From Gemmatimonadaceae bacterium (GTDB lineage Bacteria > Gemmatimonadota > Gemmatimonadetes > Gemmatimonadales > Gemmatimonadaceae): a stretch of DNA of 64,000 nt. The first letter of the stretch is position 1. Each line of letters opens with the position of its first letter. The stretch is taken from positions 1,120,001 through 1,184,000 of the forward strand of contig JBJMOW010000004.1 of assembly GCA_045803545.1 (NCBI GenBank). Reading direction: 5' to 3'. Below the pieces are notes generated by a model. The model saw only the letters and a list, made by a program, of their open reading frames with translations. It had not been told where the DNA came from and searched no databases. The position numbers and the translations under genes were made by a program. This document shows positions 9,785 to 18,454 of this stretch, piece after piece.

Positions 9785-11077
9785 TTATTCTTTCCTCACG
9801 GCGGCGACGCCGTTCGCGGGTATGATGAACTGGATCTCGGTGCCTTCGCCCAGAGTGCTGGTCGCGTTCACCGTTCCATCGTGTGCCCAGATTGCTTGTC
9901 GGGCGATTGCCAAACCTAGTCCAGTTCCACCTGGCTTGTTGGTGACGTACGGCTCCCAGATCGTTTCCAGATGTTGTGACGCGATACCCTTGCCGTTGTC
10001 GGCCACCGAGATTCGTACTGCATCGCGACCGGCCAGTTTGGTCGTGTCGGCTCTCACCGTGATGCGACCGTTCTCCGCGGACGCGTCGACGGCGTTGAGC
10101 AGAACGTTGCTCAGTGCGCCGGTCAGCGCGCCGTTGTTGCCGTAGATGTGCGGCAGATTGGCTTCGATTTGCAGATCGAGGTCAACGCCAGGCGGAACAC
10201 TGCTGCGCGCAGTGTAACGTACCAGCTCACCGATATCGATCTCCGACGCCGGACCCTCAGGCAGGCGTCCAAACTCAGCGAAACTTTTCGCCATGCGATC
10301 CAGGCGATCAGATTCCATCGCTATTACACCCACATCTTCCTGTAGCGCCGAAGGCGCCTGACCGCGCAAGCGCGCCAGCGCGAACCGAATCGGGGTCAAC
10401 GGATTCTTGATCTCGTGCGCAACTCGACGAGCGCTTTCACGGAACGCATGCAGGCGCTCGGCTTCGACCGCCTGTCGCCGACCGTGCTCCAGCTCCGACA
10501 CCATCTCGCGCATGCTGCGACGTAGCGTCTCGAACTCGGGTGCGCCACGCACCCGGCTCTGCGTCACTTGCATCGTCGGACCATCGTCGCCGTTCCGCTC
10601 ATCGTGAGTGACGATGGTTCGCTCAGGCGGCAGTGGCAGTGGCTCCCCGTGTCCGATCAGCTCTGTCCAGCGCACGAGCTCGTCGAGCGGCCGACTCAGT
10701 TGACGGCTCAGATGGCCAGCGACGCGCGACGCGGTTCCGGTCAGAATCAACAGCGCCAGCACCCCGGCGATGGCGATGACACGCACCGTTCGCTCGGCGA
10801 GAAAGCTGTAGCGACGCGCCTGTTCAACCGACACGCGCAACTCTCGCTCGTGAGCGTCGATTGCCCGTTTCTGGGCGGGAGTCAGCTGCGCCTGGCGGGC
10901 AGCGGCGATAGCGCGCTCACCGCTCACGGCGAGGCTGTCCCACGCCGATTGACCCGTGACGAATGGCACTACGCTGCTGACCGTCCCGCCCCACAATAAG
11001 GTCAGGACCAGCGCGGGAACGATCGCGAACAGCGACAGGATCAGCACCAGTCGCGTGCGGAAGCGCAGTTGATTCAT
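9785..11077 (-). CDS. Sensor histidine kinase (NtrY-like)
   Basis: Two TM helices; HAMP-like region; H-box VAHEIKNPLTPI; N box NAVDA; DNGKG and GTGLGL motifs. Confidence 0.95.
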   Translation of the reverse strand: MNQLRFRTRLVLILSLFAIVPALVLTLLWGGTVSSVVPFVTGQSAWDSLAVSGERAIAAARQAQLTPAQKRAIDAHERELRVSVEQARRYSFLAERTVRVIAIAGVLALLILTGTASRVAGHLSRQLSRPLDELVRWTELIGHGEPLPLPPERTIVTHDERNGDDGPTMQVTQSRVRGAPEFETLRRSMREMVSELEHGRRQAVEAERLHAFRESARRVAHEIKNPLTPIRFALARLRGQAPSALQEDVGVIAMESDRLDRMAKSFAEFGRLPEGPASEIDIGELVRYTARSSVPPGVDLDLQIEANLPHIYGNNGALTGALSNVLLNAVDASAENGRITVRADTTKLAGRDAVRISVADNGKGIASQHLETIWEPYVTNKPGGTGLGLAIARQAIWAHDGTVNATSTLGEGTEIQFIIPANGVAAVRKE

Positions 11078-11275
11078 GGGCGGTTAGGTATAAATTATAC
11101 CCCGAGGACGCGACTTCGAGGATCAGCAAACGGTCAACAAAAGGTTGACGCGCTCGCATGAACCTGAAGACGCACCGCCTGCGGCGATTGTCGCAGGGAT
11201 GATTCAATGGCGTGCAGCCCACATGGCGAATAATTCGCAGGCACGCAGCCAAGCACTTAGGTAATTCCCAAAAAA

Positions 11276-13036
11276 ATGAGTACACGGCCACATCGGTCCA
11301 ACGCCCACACCGGAGGCGTGCACCGACACGGTCCCCCGGTTCATCGAGGACCACACGCAGTAAAACCGATCCACCGCGGGCCCCAGGCAATGTCGCCCGC
11401 ACAGTCACAAGCCACCCACCACGCACCAAATGCAGCACTGCTCATCGACTTCGACAACGTCACGATGGGCATTCGCTCCGAGCTTCAGACGGAGCTGAAA
11501 AACCTGCTCTCATCCGACATCGTCAAAGGCAAAGTCTCCGTTCAGCGCGCATACGCTGACTGGCGCCGCTATCCGCAATACGTGGTGCCGCTCGCTGAAG
11601 CATCGATCGACATGATCATGGCAACGGCGTACGGATCGGCGAAGAAGAACGCGACGGACATCCGCCTCGCGGTCGACGCAATAGAGCTGGTGTTCACCAG
11701 ACCCGAGATCGGCACGTTCATTCTTCTCTCGGGCGATTCCGATTTCGCCAGCCTCGTCACCAAGCTGAAGGAATACGGCAAATACGTCATCGGTGTGGGC
11801 ATTCGCGAATCATCCAGCGATCTGCTCGTCATGAACTGCGACGAGTACTACAGCTACAACGCACTCGCGGGATTGGTGAAGACCGGCGAAGAGGAAGTCG
11901 TCAAGAAGGATCCGTGGGAGCTCGTCACCGAAGCGATCGAGCGAATGCAGCGGAACAACGACGTCATGCGTGCCGATCGGCTGAAGCAGGTGATGCAGCA
12001 GATGGACAGCTCGTTCGACGAGAAGAATCTTGGCATGTCGAAGTTCTCGCGCTTCGTTACAGAAGCGGCGCACAAAGGCCTGCTGACGCTGACCAAGCTC
12101 GAGAACGGTCAATTCGAGGTCAGCCCGCCGCGCGAGGGCGCCATGCCGGCTGCCCCGACCGCGACGCTTTCCGAGCCCGCCACGGCTCGCGTCGCCGGCG
12201 AGGAAGAGGAGTCAGAACGCGGACGTCGTGGTCGTCGCGGACGTGGACGTGATCGCAATGGTCGCGAGCGTCCGGCCCGCACCGAGGTAGCCCGCCCAGC
12301 CGAAAGCTTAGGCGCGCCGGAAGCCACACGCGCGCCGGAAGTCCCACGAGCGCAAACTCCTGCGGCCCGCGATGAGATCGGATCCGGCGGTCTGCGCCTC
12401 CGCCGCGAGGAAGCATTCGACCTGGTTCGTCGCGCCGTCGGCACCAACGGCGGTTCCCCAATACGCGCCAGTCAGGCTCGCCATGCAGCGCGGGACCTGC
12501 TCGGCAGAGACAGTGAAAGTCTGAACGAGAGGAACTTCATCCGCATCCTGCAGGACGCGCACGACGCAAATGTCGTCGACTTGCGCCGCCGCGGTGAGGA
12601 CTATGAAGTAGCGCCCGCCGCGCAGTCCACATCAGTCAGCGATCAGCTGGTCGCCGCAGAGGGCGGGCGCACGTCGCCACCAGAGACGCAAGCTTCTGCT
12701 GCGTCGCGAGCGCCCGCAATCGGACGCGGTCGTGGACGTGGATCGATTGGCGCGAGGGCAGGCATGGTCCCGCCCGAGCTGCTCTCCATTGGTGTTGTCG
12801 AGAATTCCAGACCGGCGCCCGAGCCCGTAACCGAGCCGAGCGTTCCTGATCTGCCGTTGACTGGCGAGGATGCGCTTGGCGAGCCGGAGCCACAAGCGCG
12901 CTCGACGCGCAAGCGTGCATCGCGTGAATCGAGAGCGGGGCGCGGTCGCAAATCGGCTTCGGCACGAGAGGGAACCGATTCCGCCCCCGTCGCCAAACGC
13001 GCAAGAAAGAGCCGCAGCAAGACCGCCAGCGACTAA
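11276..13036 (+). CDS. NYN-domain (LabA/DUF88, PIN-like) protein with OST-HTH/LOTUS-like domain and disordered basic tail
   Basis: LLIDFDN, KNATDIRLAVDA and LSGDSDF motifs; 'FDEKNLGMSKFSRFV' is OST-HTH-like. An alternative start at 11390 is possible. Confidence 0.85.
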   Translation: MSTRPHRSNAHTGGVHRHGPPVHRGPHAVKPIHRGPQAMSPAQSQATHHAPNAALLIDFDNVTMGIRSELQTELKNLLSSDIVKGKVSVQRAYADWRRYPQYVVPLAEASIDMIMATAYGSAKKNATDIRLAVDAIELVFTRPEIGTFILLSGDSDFASLVTKLKEYGKYVIGVGIRESSSDLLVMNCDEYYSYNALAGLVKTGEEEVVKKDPWELVTEAIERMQRNNDVMRADRLKQVMQQMDSSFDEKNLGMSKFSRFVTEAAHKGLLTLTKLENGQFEVSPPREGAMPAAPTATLSEPATARVAGEEEESERGRRGRRGRGRDRNGRERPARTEVARPAESLGAPEATRAPEVPRAQTPAARDEIGSGGLRLRREEAFDLVRRAVGTNGGSPIRASQARHAARDLLGRDSESLNERNFIRILQDAHDANVVDLRRRGEDYEVAPAAQSTSVSDQLVAAEGGRTSPPETQASAASRAPAIGRGRGRGSIGARAGMVPPELLSIGVVENSRPAPEPVTEPSVPDLPLTGEDALGEPEPQARSTRKRASRESRAGRGRKSASAREGTDSAPVAKRARKSRSKTASD

Positions 13037-13037
13037 G

Positions 13038-13709
13038 ATGGCCCGCAGGGAAATCGCGAGCCGGGTAGAGGAATCCACTCTACTCGGCACCCGACCGCGC
13101 GCGGCGTATCGTCGAGGCAAGGTTCTCTCGCGAGACTTCTATAATCGGGAGACTGAGCTAGTTGCGCGCGACATGCTTGGCACTGTGCTCGAGTGCGAAA
13201 CCGACGACGGTGTCGCCAGCGGAATCATCGTCGAGACCGAAGCGTACCTCGGCGAGCATGATCTCGCATGTCACGCAGCCGCCGGTCGTACCGCGCGAAC
13301 CGAGCATCTATACGGTCCGCCCGGCATCGCTTACGTGTACTTCATCTACGGGATGTACTGGTGCTTCAACGCGGTGACGCGAGAAGCCGGCGAGCCAAGC
13401 GCGGTCCTTGTGCGCGCGCTGCAGCCACTCGATGGGATCGCATTGATGCACAGGCGACGTCCCCGCATCAAGAGCGAAACGGATCTCACCAATGGCCCCG
13501 GCAAACTCAGTACAGCGCTGGGAATTGTCGGCTCGATGACCGGAAAGCCGCTCCAGCGGAAACCGCTCGTAATTCGCGAAGGCGAACCTATCGACGACGC
13601 TCTCGTCGAGATCACCACGCGCATCGGCATCACCAAATCCGCCGACTGGCCACTCCGTTATACCATCCGCGGAAACAGGTTCGTCTCGCGGGGAAAACTT
13701 TCCGGCTGA
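13038..13709 (+). CDS. mpg: DNA-3-methyladenine glycosylase (AAG/MPG family)
   Basis: IVETEAY, AYVYFIYGMYWCFN, AVLVRA, NGPGKL and RIGI motifs. Confidence 0.92.
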   Translation: MARREIASRVEESTLLGTRPRAAYRRGKVLSRDFYNRETELVARDMLGTVLECETDDGVASGIIVETEAYLGEHDLACHAAAGRTARTEHLYGPPGIAYVYFIYGMYWCFNAVTREAGEPSAVLVRALQPLDGIALMHRRRPRIKSETDLTNGPGKLSTALGIVGSMTGKPLQRKPLVIREGEPIDDALVEITTRIGITKSADWPLRYTIRGNRFVSRGKLSG

Positions 13710-13926
13710 AGGGCTGCGGGAGGAGAGCCAACCAATCGGTCCGAGCTGCGAACTGGTTGCGGGTTGCGTGCTAGCTGCGAGATGAGAGCGTTGCGAGCTT
13801 GGTGCGAACTCAGATGAGACCCGCGGCTGGTTCCTACGCGTAACTAGCTCTCATCCCGCAACTAGCCCGCATCCCGCAACTAGCCCGCAGCTCGCACCAA
13901 TTGGTTGGCTCTCATCCCGCAGCCCT
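13710..13926. repeat. Long imperfect inverted repeat (REP/MITE-like), 80-bp arms
   Basis: 13710-13789 matches the reverse complement of 13847-13926 at 70/80 positions; built from TGCG(G/A)(G/A)-type short units, with an 18-bp tandem ATCCCGCAACTAGCCCGC x2. Confidence 0.85.
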
Positions 13927-13928
13927 CC

Positions 13929-13956
13929 AAAAAAAAGGGCTCCCTTTCGGGAGCCC
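13929..13956 (-). terminator. Intrinsic terminator
   Basis: GGGCTCCC-N4-GGGAGCCC stem with an 8-nt U tract on the minus strand. Confidence 0.85.
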
Positions 13957-13985
13957 AAGTCCATTGTCGGGTGCGCCAAGAGCTG

Positions 13986-14633
13986 CTAGTCCCGATCGAT
14001 GGAACTGCCAAAGTTCAGACGGATGCCGAACTCGAAGAAGTTGAGCACGCTGTTGAAGAGGAAACTCGGATTGCTGGGAGCGAGGGTTTCCTGGGCGAAG
14101 ATCGCCATGCGGCTCGCCTGGATCTGAATTCCACCGATGCCAACGATTGCGCTGCGGCTGCGTTCTCTCTCGACTTCGTCGAGGAAGGCGTTGCTCGGGA
14201 ATGTGTTCACGCTGTCGACGAAGACTCTCGCGTCGCCAAGCACGGCGATCGTATAGCCGAGACCCGCGTAGGGAGTAATTCCGCCGAAATGTTTCGGAAA
14301 TACGAGAGCACCCAGGGTGATTCTGCGCATGTCATTGACACGAACCGTGCGCTGGCCGCTGTTGGATGACGGATCGAAAAACTCGAGATCCCGCTGGAAG
14401 ATCGACTGGTTGCCTGATACGTAAAGGCCGCCTTTGCTGCGCGTGATCACCCAATCGATGCCGAGGTCGACCGTCGATGTGTTGCCGTGGCCGGGGACCG
14501 AGAAGGTGTTGATTCCGGACTTGAATCCCCAGAACCATGAATTGTCGAAGTTCCGGTTCTCCTGCGCGCGCGCGCTACCGGAAACGACGACCGTGGCGAC
14601 GAGCGCCACGAAGACTGCTCTGAGCTTCTGCAT
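13986..14633 (-). CDS. Outer-membrane beta-barrel protein (small, OmpA/OmpW-like barrel)
   Basis: Signal peptide (ARA-Q); 'ITPYAGLGY' and terminal 'FEFGIRLNF' strands. Confidence 0.7.
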   Translation of the reverse strand: MQKLRAVFVALVATVVVSGSARAQENRNFDNSWFWGFKSGINTFSVPGHGNTSTVDLGIDWVITRSKGGLYVSGNQSIFQRDLEFFDPSSNSGQRTVRVNDMRRITLGALVFPKHFGGITPYAGLGYTIAVLGDARVFVDSVNTFPSNAFLDEVERERSRSAIVGIGGIQIQASRMAIFAQETLAPSNPSFLFNSVLNFFEFGIRLNFGSSIDRD

Positions 14634-14644
14634 TAAGGCGTCCT

Positions 14645-15850
14645 CTAGATTATGCCTAGCTTTGTCCCGACGCTCTTGAACGCTGCGATTGCCTGGTCCA
14701 GATCGTCGCGTGAATGGGCAGCGCTGAGCTGACAGCGCACACGCGCCTGCCCTTGGGGTACGACCGGAAAGCCGAATCCCGTCACAAAGACGCCTTCATC
14801 CAGCAACATGTCACTCATTTTGATGGCGGTCGCCGTCTCACCCACGATTATAGGGACGATCGGGGTCTCTCCAGGTAGCGGTTTGAACCCCGCTTCGGCG
14901 ATCGCCGCGCGGAAGTAGCGGGTGTTGTCACGCAGCTTACCAACGAGTTCCGGGTGGTTCTCGAGCTGGCGGATCGCCGCCAATGCGCTGCTGGCAACTG
15001 TCGGCGGAAGTGCGTTGGAGAACAGCTGCGGTCGGGAGCGCTGGGTCAGCATGTCGCAGAGAGCGGCCGAGCCCGCCACGAATCCGCCGGCGGCGCCGCC
15101 CAACGCCTTGCCCAATGTCGACGTGATAATGTCGATTTCACCGAGTACGCCGTAATGTTCGGCGGTGCCGCGACCAGTGGCGCCCATTACCCCTGTCCCG
15201 TGAGAATCGTCGACGGCCACGATTGCGTCGTAGTCCTTCGCGATCTGCAGTATCTCAGGCAGCTTGGCCACACTGCCTTCCATCGAGAACACGCCATCCG
15301 TCCAGATAAGACGCCGGCGCGCTGACTTCGCGCTCTCCAGCTTCGCCCGCAAGTCGTCGAGGTCCGAGTGCTGGTAAACTGCGGTGGTGCACTTGGTGAT
15401 TGCCTTTGCCAATCTGATCGAATCGATGATCGAGGCATGGTTGAGCGCATCGGAGACGACGAAATCGTTCTGCTCGATGATGGTGGCTGTCAATCCTTCA
15501 TTGGCGTTCCACGCCGACACGTAGCTCATCGACGCTTCTGTACCGACGAGATCGGCGATCGCCTTCTCGAGCTCGCGGTGAATCTCGAACGTGCCGCAGA
15601 TGAAACGCACACTCGCGGTTCCAGCGCCGTACTTCTCGAGCCCATCGATTCCCGCAGCGACGACCTGCGGATCGTTCGACAGCCCGAGGTAATTATTGGA
15701 TGAGAGGATGACGACTTCGCCGTGTCCTTCCATCTGCACGCGCGCCGCCTGTGGCGAAGCCAGAAAATTCAGCCGCTTGTAAACTTTGTCCGCTTTGAGC
15801 TTCTCGATCGTCGCGTTCAGGTCCGCGTCGAGTTTTTCATTGAGCGCCAC
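14645..15850 (-). CDS. kbl: Glycine C-acetyltransferase (2-amino-3-ketobutyrate CoA ligase)
   Basis: SNNYLGL, SVRFICGT, NHASIIDSIRL, DDSH and STLGKALGG motifs; adjacent to tdh. Confidence 0.95.
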   Translation of the reverse strand: MALNEKLDADLNATIEKLKADKVYKRLNFLASPQAARVQMEGHGEVVILSSNNYLGLSNDPQVVAAGIDGLEKYGAGTASVRFICGTFEIHRELEKAIADLVGTEASMSYVSAWNANEGLTATIIEQNDFVVSDALNHASIIDSIRLAKAITKCTTAVYQHSDLDDLRAKLESAKSARRRLIWTDGVFSMEGSVAKLPEILQIAKDYDAIVAVDDSHGTGVMGATGRGTAEHYGVLGEIDIITSTLGKALGGAAGGFVAGSAALCDMLTQRSRPQLFSNALPPTVASSALAAIRQLENHPELVGKLRDNTRYFRAAIAEAGFKPLPGETPIVPIIVGETATAIKMSDMLLDEGVFVTGFGFPVVPQGQARVRCQLSAAHSRDDLDQAIAAFKSVGTKLGII

Positions 15851-15893
15851 TTAGCTCCCCTCAGTTCGTAGTTCGCGCCTCCCGCCTCCCGCC

Positions 15894-16925
15894 CTACGCG
15901 ACCTCAAAGATCACCTTGCCGGCTTCACCCGACTTGATGGCCGCGATTGCAGCGTCGGCTTCACCGAGCGGGAAGCGGTGAGTGATCACGGGCGACGGAT
16001 CGAACTCGCCCGACCGCAGGAATCGGGTCATCTCATGCCAGGTCTCGTACATGCGGCGCCCGACGACACCGTAAATAGTCAGTCCCTTGAAAATGACTTC
16101 AGTCGCGAGATCGAAATCCACTTTCTTTGACGGAATGCCGAGCATTTGTACACGGCCGCCGACGCGCACCAGCGCGAACGCCTGGTGAATCGCTACCGGC
16201 ACACCCGACATCTCGAGCACGACGTCGGCGCCCAGTCCGTCAGTGGCGTTTTTCACCAGATCGACCGCTGCATCAGGATGCACTGCGTGATGCGCTCCCA
16301 TCTTCTTGGCCAGAGCCAGGCGAGTGTCGTTGACGTCAGTGGCGATGATCTGCGATGCGCCTGCCGCCTTGCAGATTCCAACCGCGAAGATCCCGATCGG
16401 ACCGCAACCGGTGATCAGCACCACCGCGCCGGGAATGTCCGCCGTCAACACGGTGTGAAACGCATTGCCCATCGGATCGTGAATGCCGCCGACGTCGTAG
16501 GAGATGTCGTCGTCCAGATGCCAGACATTGGTCGCCGGCATCGAGATGTATTCAGCAAAGCAGCCATCGCGATCCACGCCGATGATCCTGGTGAATGGAC
16601 AGACGTGTGCATTGCCGGTCCGGCATAACAGGCACCGGCCGTCGACGATGTGCCCCTCGGCGGTGACACGGTCGCCTTCCTTGACGTCTGTCACGAGACG
16701 GCCTACTTGAACGACGTCGCCAGCGAACTCATGACCCACGACGAAGGGCGGCTTGCACCTGCCCTTCGCCCACGCGTCCCATTCGTAGATGTGAACATCA
16801 GTGCCGCACACGCCTGCACGCCGCACGCGAATCAGCACTTCGTCCTCGCGGATGCGCGGCTCCGCGACATCCTTCAGCTTGAAACCAGGCGACGCGGATT
16901 CTTTTACCAGCGCTTTCACGTGCAC
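15894..16925 (-). CDS. tdh: L-threonine 3-dehydrogenase
   Basis: CGTDVHIY, GHEF, GCGPIG and GRRMYETW motifs; adjacent to kbl. The start may be GTG 16919. Confidence 0.95.
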   Translation of the reverse strand: MHVKALVKESASPGFKLKDVAEPRIREDEVLIRVRRAGVCGTDVHIYEWDAWAKGRCKPPFVVGHEFAGDVVQVGRLVTDVKEGDRVTAEGHIVDGRCLLCRTGNAHVCPFTRIIGVDRDGCFAEYISMPATNVWHLDDDISYDVGGIHDPMGNAFHTVLTADIPGAVVLITGCGPIGIFAVGICKAAGASQIIATDVNDTRLALAKKMGAHHAVHPDAAVDLVKNATDGLGADVVLEMSGVPVAIHQAFALVRVGGRVQMLGIPSKKVDFDLATEVIFKGLTIYGVVGRRMYETWHEMTRFLRSGEFDPSPVITHRFPLGEADAAIAAIKSGEAGKVIFEVA

Positions 16926-17263
16926 GTGCTCCGGAGAATACGAGTTTGCTGAGAGCGAAAGTCAAACCTGCTCACTGCGCGACGCTTTTGGAAGTGATCT
17001 CGCGCTCGCGAATCGCATCGTTCACTGCTCGCAATCCAATGCAAGCGTTCGACCAGATGCTGTCGTTGATTTCGATTGAATCGGCGTTTCCGGCATTTCA
17101 CGCACATCTCTTGCATTCGCATGGCGCAACGAGTTTCCGATGTTCGATGTCGACTCGTCAGAGGTGAGTTCCTTGGTAACTCGCGGACATCAGTACGCGA
17201 AGTAGCACTCGCTGACTCGGTCAGGAGTCGGTGAGAGTTCTTACTTCATCGTGGAGAGACAAC

Positions 17264-17422
17264 ATGGCAGCAGCGAAAAGAGGCGGACGCAGAAAAGGCG
17301 GCGCACGTAAGAGCTCGGGCAGAAAATCCAGCTCCAGCAGAAGCTCCAGCCGCGGCAGAAAGAGCAGCAGCGGACGCAAATCATCGGGCCGCAAGAGTTC
17401 GCGCAGAAAGAGCAGCCGCTAA
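17264..17422 (+). CDS. Small, extremely basic RKSS-repeat protein (histone-tail/protamine-like), 52 aa
   Basis: GGAG RBS at 17253; MAAAKRGGRRKGGARKSSGRKSSSSRSSSRGRKSSSGRKSSGRKSSRRKSSR; mostly synonymously diverged codons between repeats; followed by its own terminator. Confidence 0.8.
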   Translation: MAAAKRGGRRKGGARKSSGRKSSSSRSSSRGRKSSSGRKSSGRKSSRRKSSR

Positions 17423-17441
17423 ACCATCGCTTCTGATTACG

Positions 17442-17469
17442 AAAAGCCGGCGCTGTCGCCGGCTTTTTT
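17442..17469. terminator. Bidirectional intrinsic terminator
   Basis: AAAAGCCGGCG-CTGT-CGCCGGCTTTTTT between convergent genes. Confidence 0.9.
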
Positions 17470-17470
17470 G

Positions 17471-18454
17471 TCAGCGTGAGTATCGTCCCGTCGCGAGCTC
17501 GAGAATGCGGGCAATCAGCGCCGGATAGGAGAGTCCGGCTTTTGCCGCGGCGCGCGCGAATTCGCTGTTCTTTTCCAGATAACAATTCGGATTGGCCTCG
17601 ATCACGAAGATCTCTTCGTCGGCAGTGACGCGCAGATCGATGCGGCCGTAGTCGCGGAGCCGGAGAGCCTGAAACGCATCGATCGCGACGCGCTGGATCT
17701 TTGCCGTCAACTCCTCTGACAAGTCCGTCGGAAAGACTGACTGCGTTCCCTCGAATTCCGCGCCTTTCTCGTCGCCCTCGTCACCCCACTTGGCTTCCCA
17801 GCTTGCAATCTTCGGCAGTCCGGCAGGAAACTTCGAGAAATCGAGCTCGATGATCGGCAACGCTTCCGCGTTGCTGTTGCCAATGACGCCCACGTAGAAC
17901 TCGCGGCCGTCGATGAATTCCTCGACCAGCACCGGTGACTGATACTCCTGCTGCGTGGCGCTGATCACGTCGAGCAGCTCCCTCACATCGTGCACGACCG
18001 ACTTCTGGGTAATGCCGAGCGATGCATCCTCTTGCGGTGGCTTCACCAGCAGAGGGAAGTCGATCTCATGCGCCCAATCCAGCTGTCCGCGGAACACCGT
18101 TGCGAACTTCGCGCTTTGTATCCCGTGGAATGCAAGCACCTTCTTCGTCAGCGTCTTGTCGCCGGCCAGAATCAAACCGGCCGGGCTCGACCCGGTGTAG
18201 CGCAGATCCAGGAGATTGAGTAGCGCTGCTACGTTCGACTCGAGAGCGCTCTTCCCGCGGAACGACTCAGCGATGTTGATCACCAGATCAGGCTGAGACG
18301 ACTTGAGCTGATCGATTACGGGCTCGACTGAATCGTCGACCACAACGCGTTGAGAAGTATGTCCGTTCTCAGCGAGCGCTTGATCCAGCTGATCGAGCAG
18401 CGGATCGACCGGCGGATCGAGAGCGTCTTTGGTGTGAAGGACCGTGATCTTCAC
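17471..18454 (-). CDS. ATP-grasp ligase, D-Ala-D-Ala ligase-like family
   Basis: YTGS, DK..TK, LVKP..EDASLGI, VEEFIDGREF, GRIDLR and EANPN motifs; lacks the canonical Ddl N-terminal GGxSxE; GTG start overlaps the upstream stop (GTGA). Confidence 0.85.
   Translation of the reverse strand: MKITVLHTKDALDPPVDPLLDQLDQALAENGHTSQRVVVDDSVEPVIDQLKSSQPDLVINIAESFRGKSALESNVAALLNLLDLRYTGSSPAGLILAGDKTLTKKVLAFHGIQSAKFATVFRGQLDWAHEIDFPLLVKPPQEDASLGITQKSVVHDVRELLDVISATQQEYQSPVLVEEFIDGREFYVGVIGNSNAEALPIIELDFSKFPAGLPKIASWEAKWGDEGDEKGAEFEGTQSVFPTDLSEELTAKIQRVAIDAFQALRLRDYGRIDLRVTADEEIFVIEANPNCYLEKNSEFARAAAKAGLSYPALIARILELATGRYSR

Noticed and set aside
8138..10145. Long plus-strand ORFs (384 and 400 aa) and similar antisense ORFs at 1460-2470, 26712-27617, 33371-34411, 45010-46197, 49139-50248, 57465-58298 and 62659-63621
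   Set aside because: Shadow frames of well-supported genes in GC-rich DNA; no recognisable motifs.
13710..13926. Possible CRISPR array
   Set aside because: Inverted rather than direct repeats, no regular unique spacers, and no cas genes in the window.
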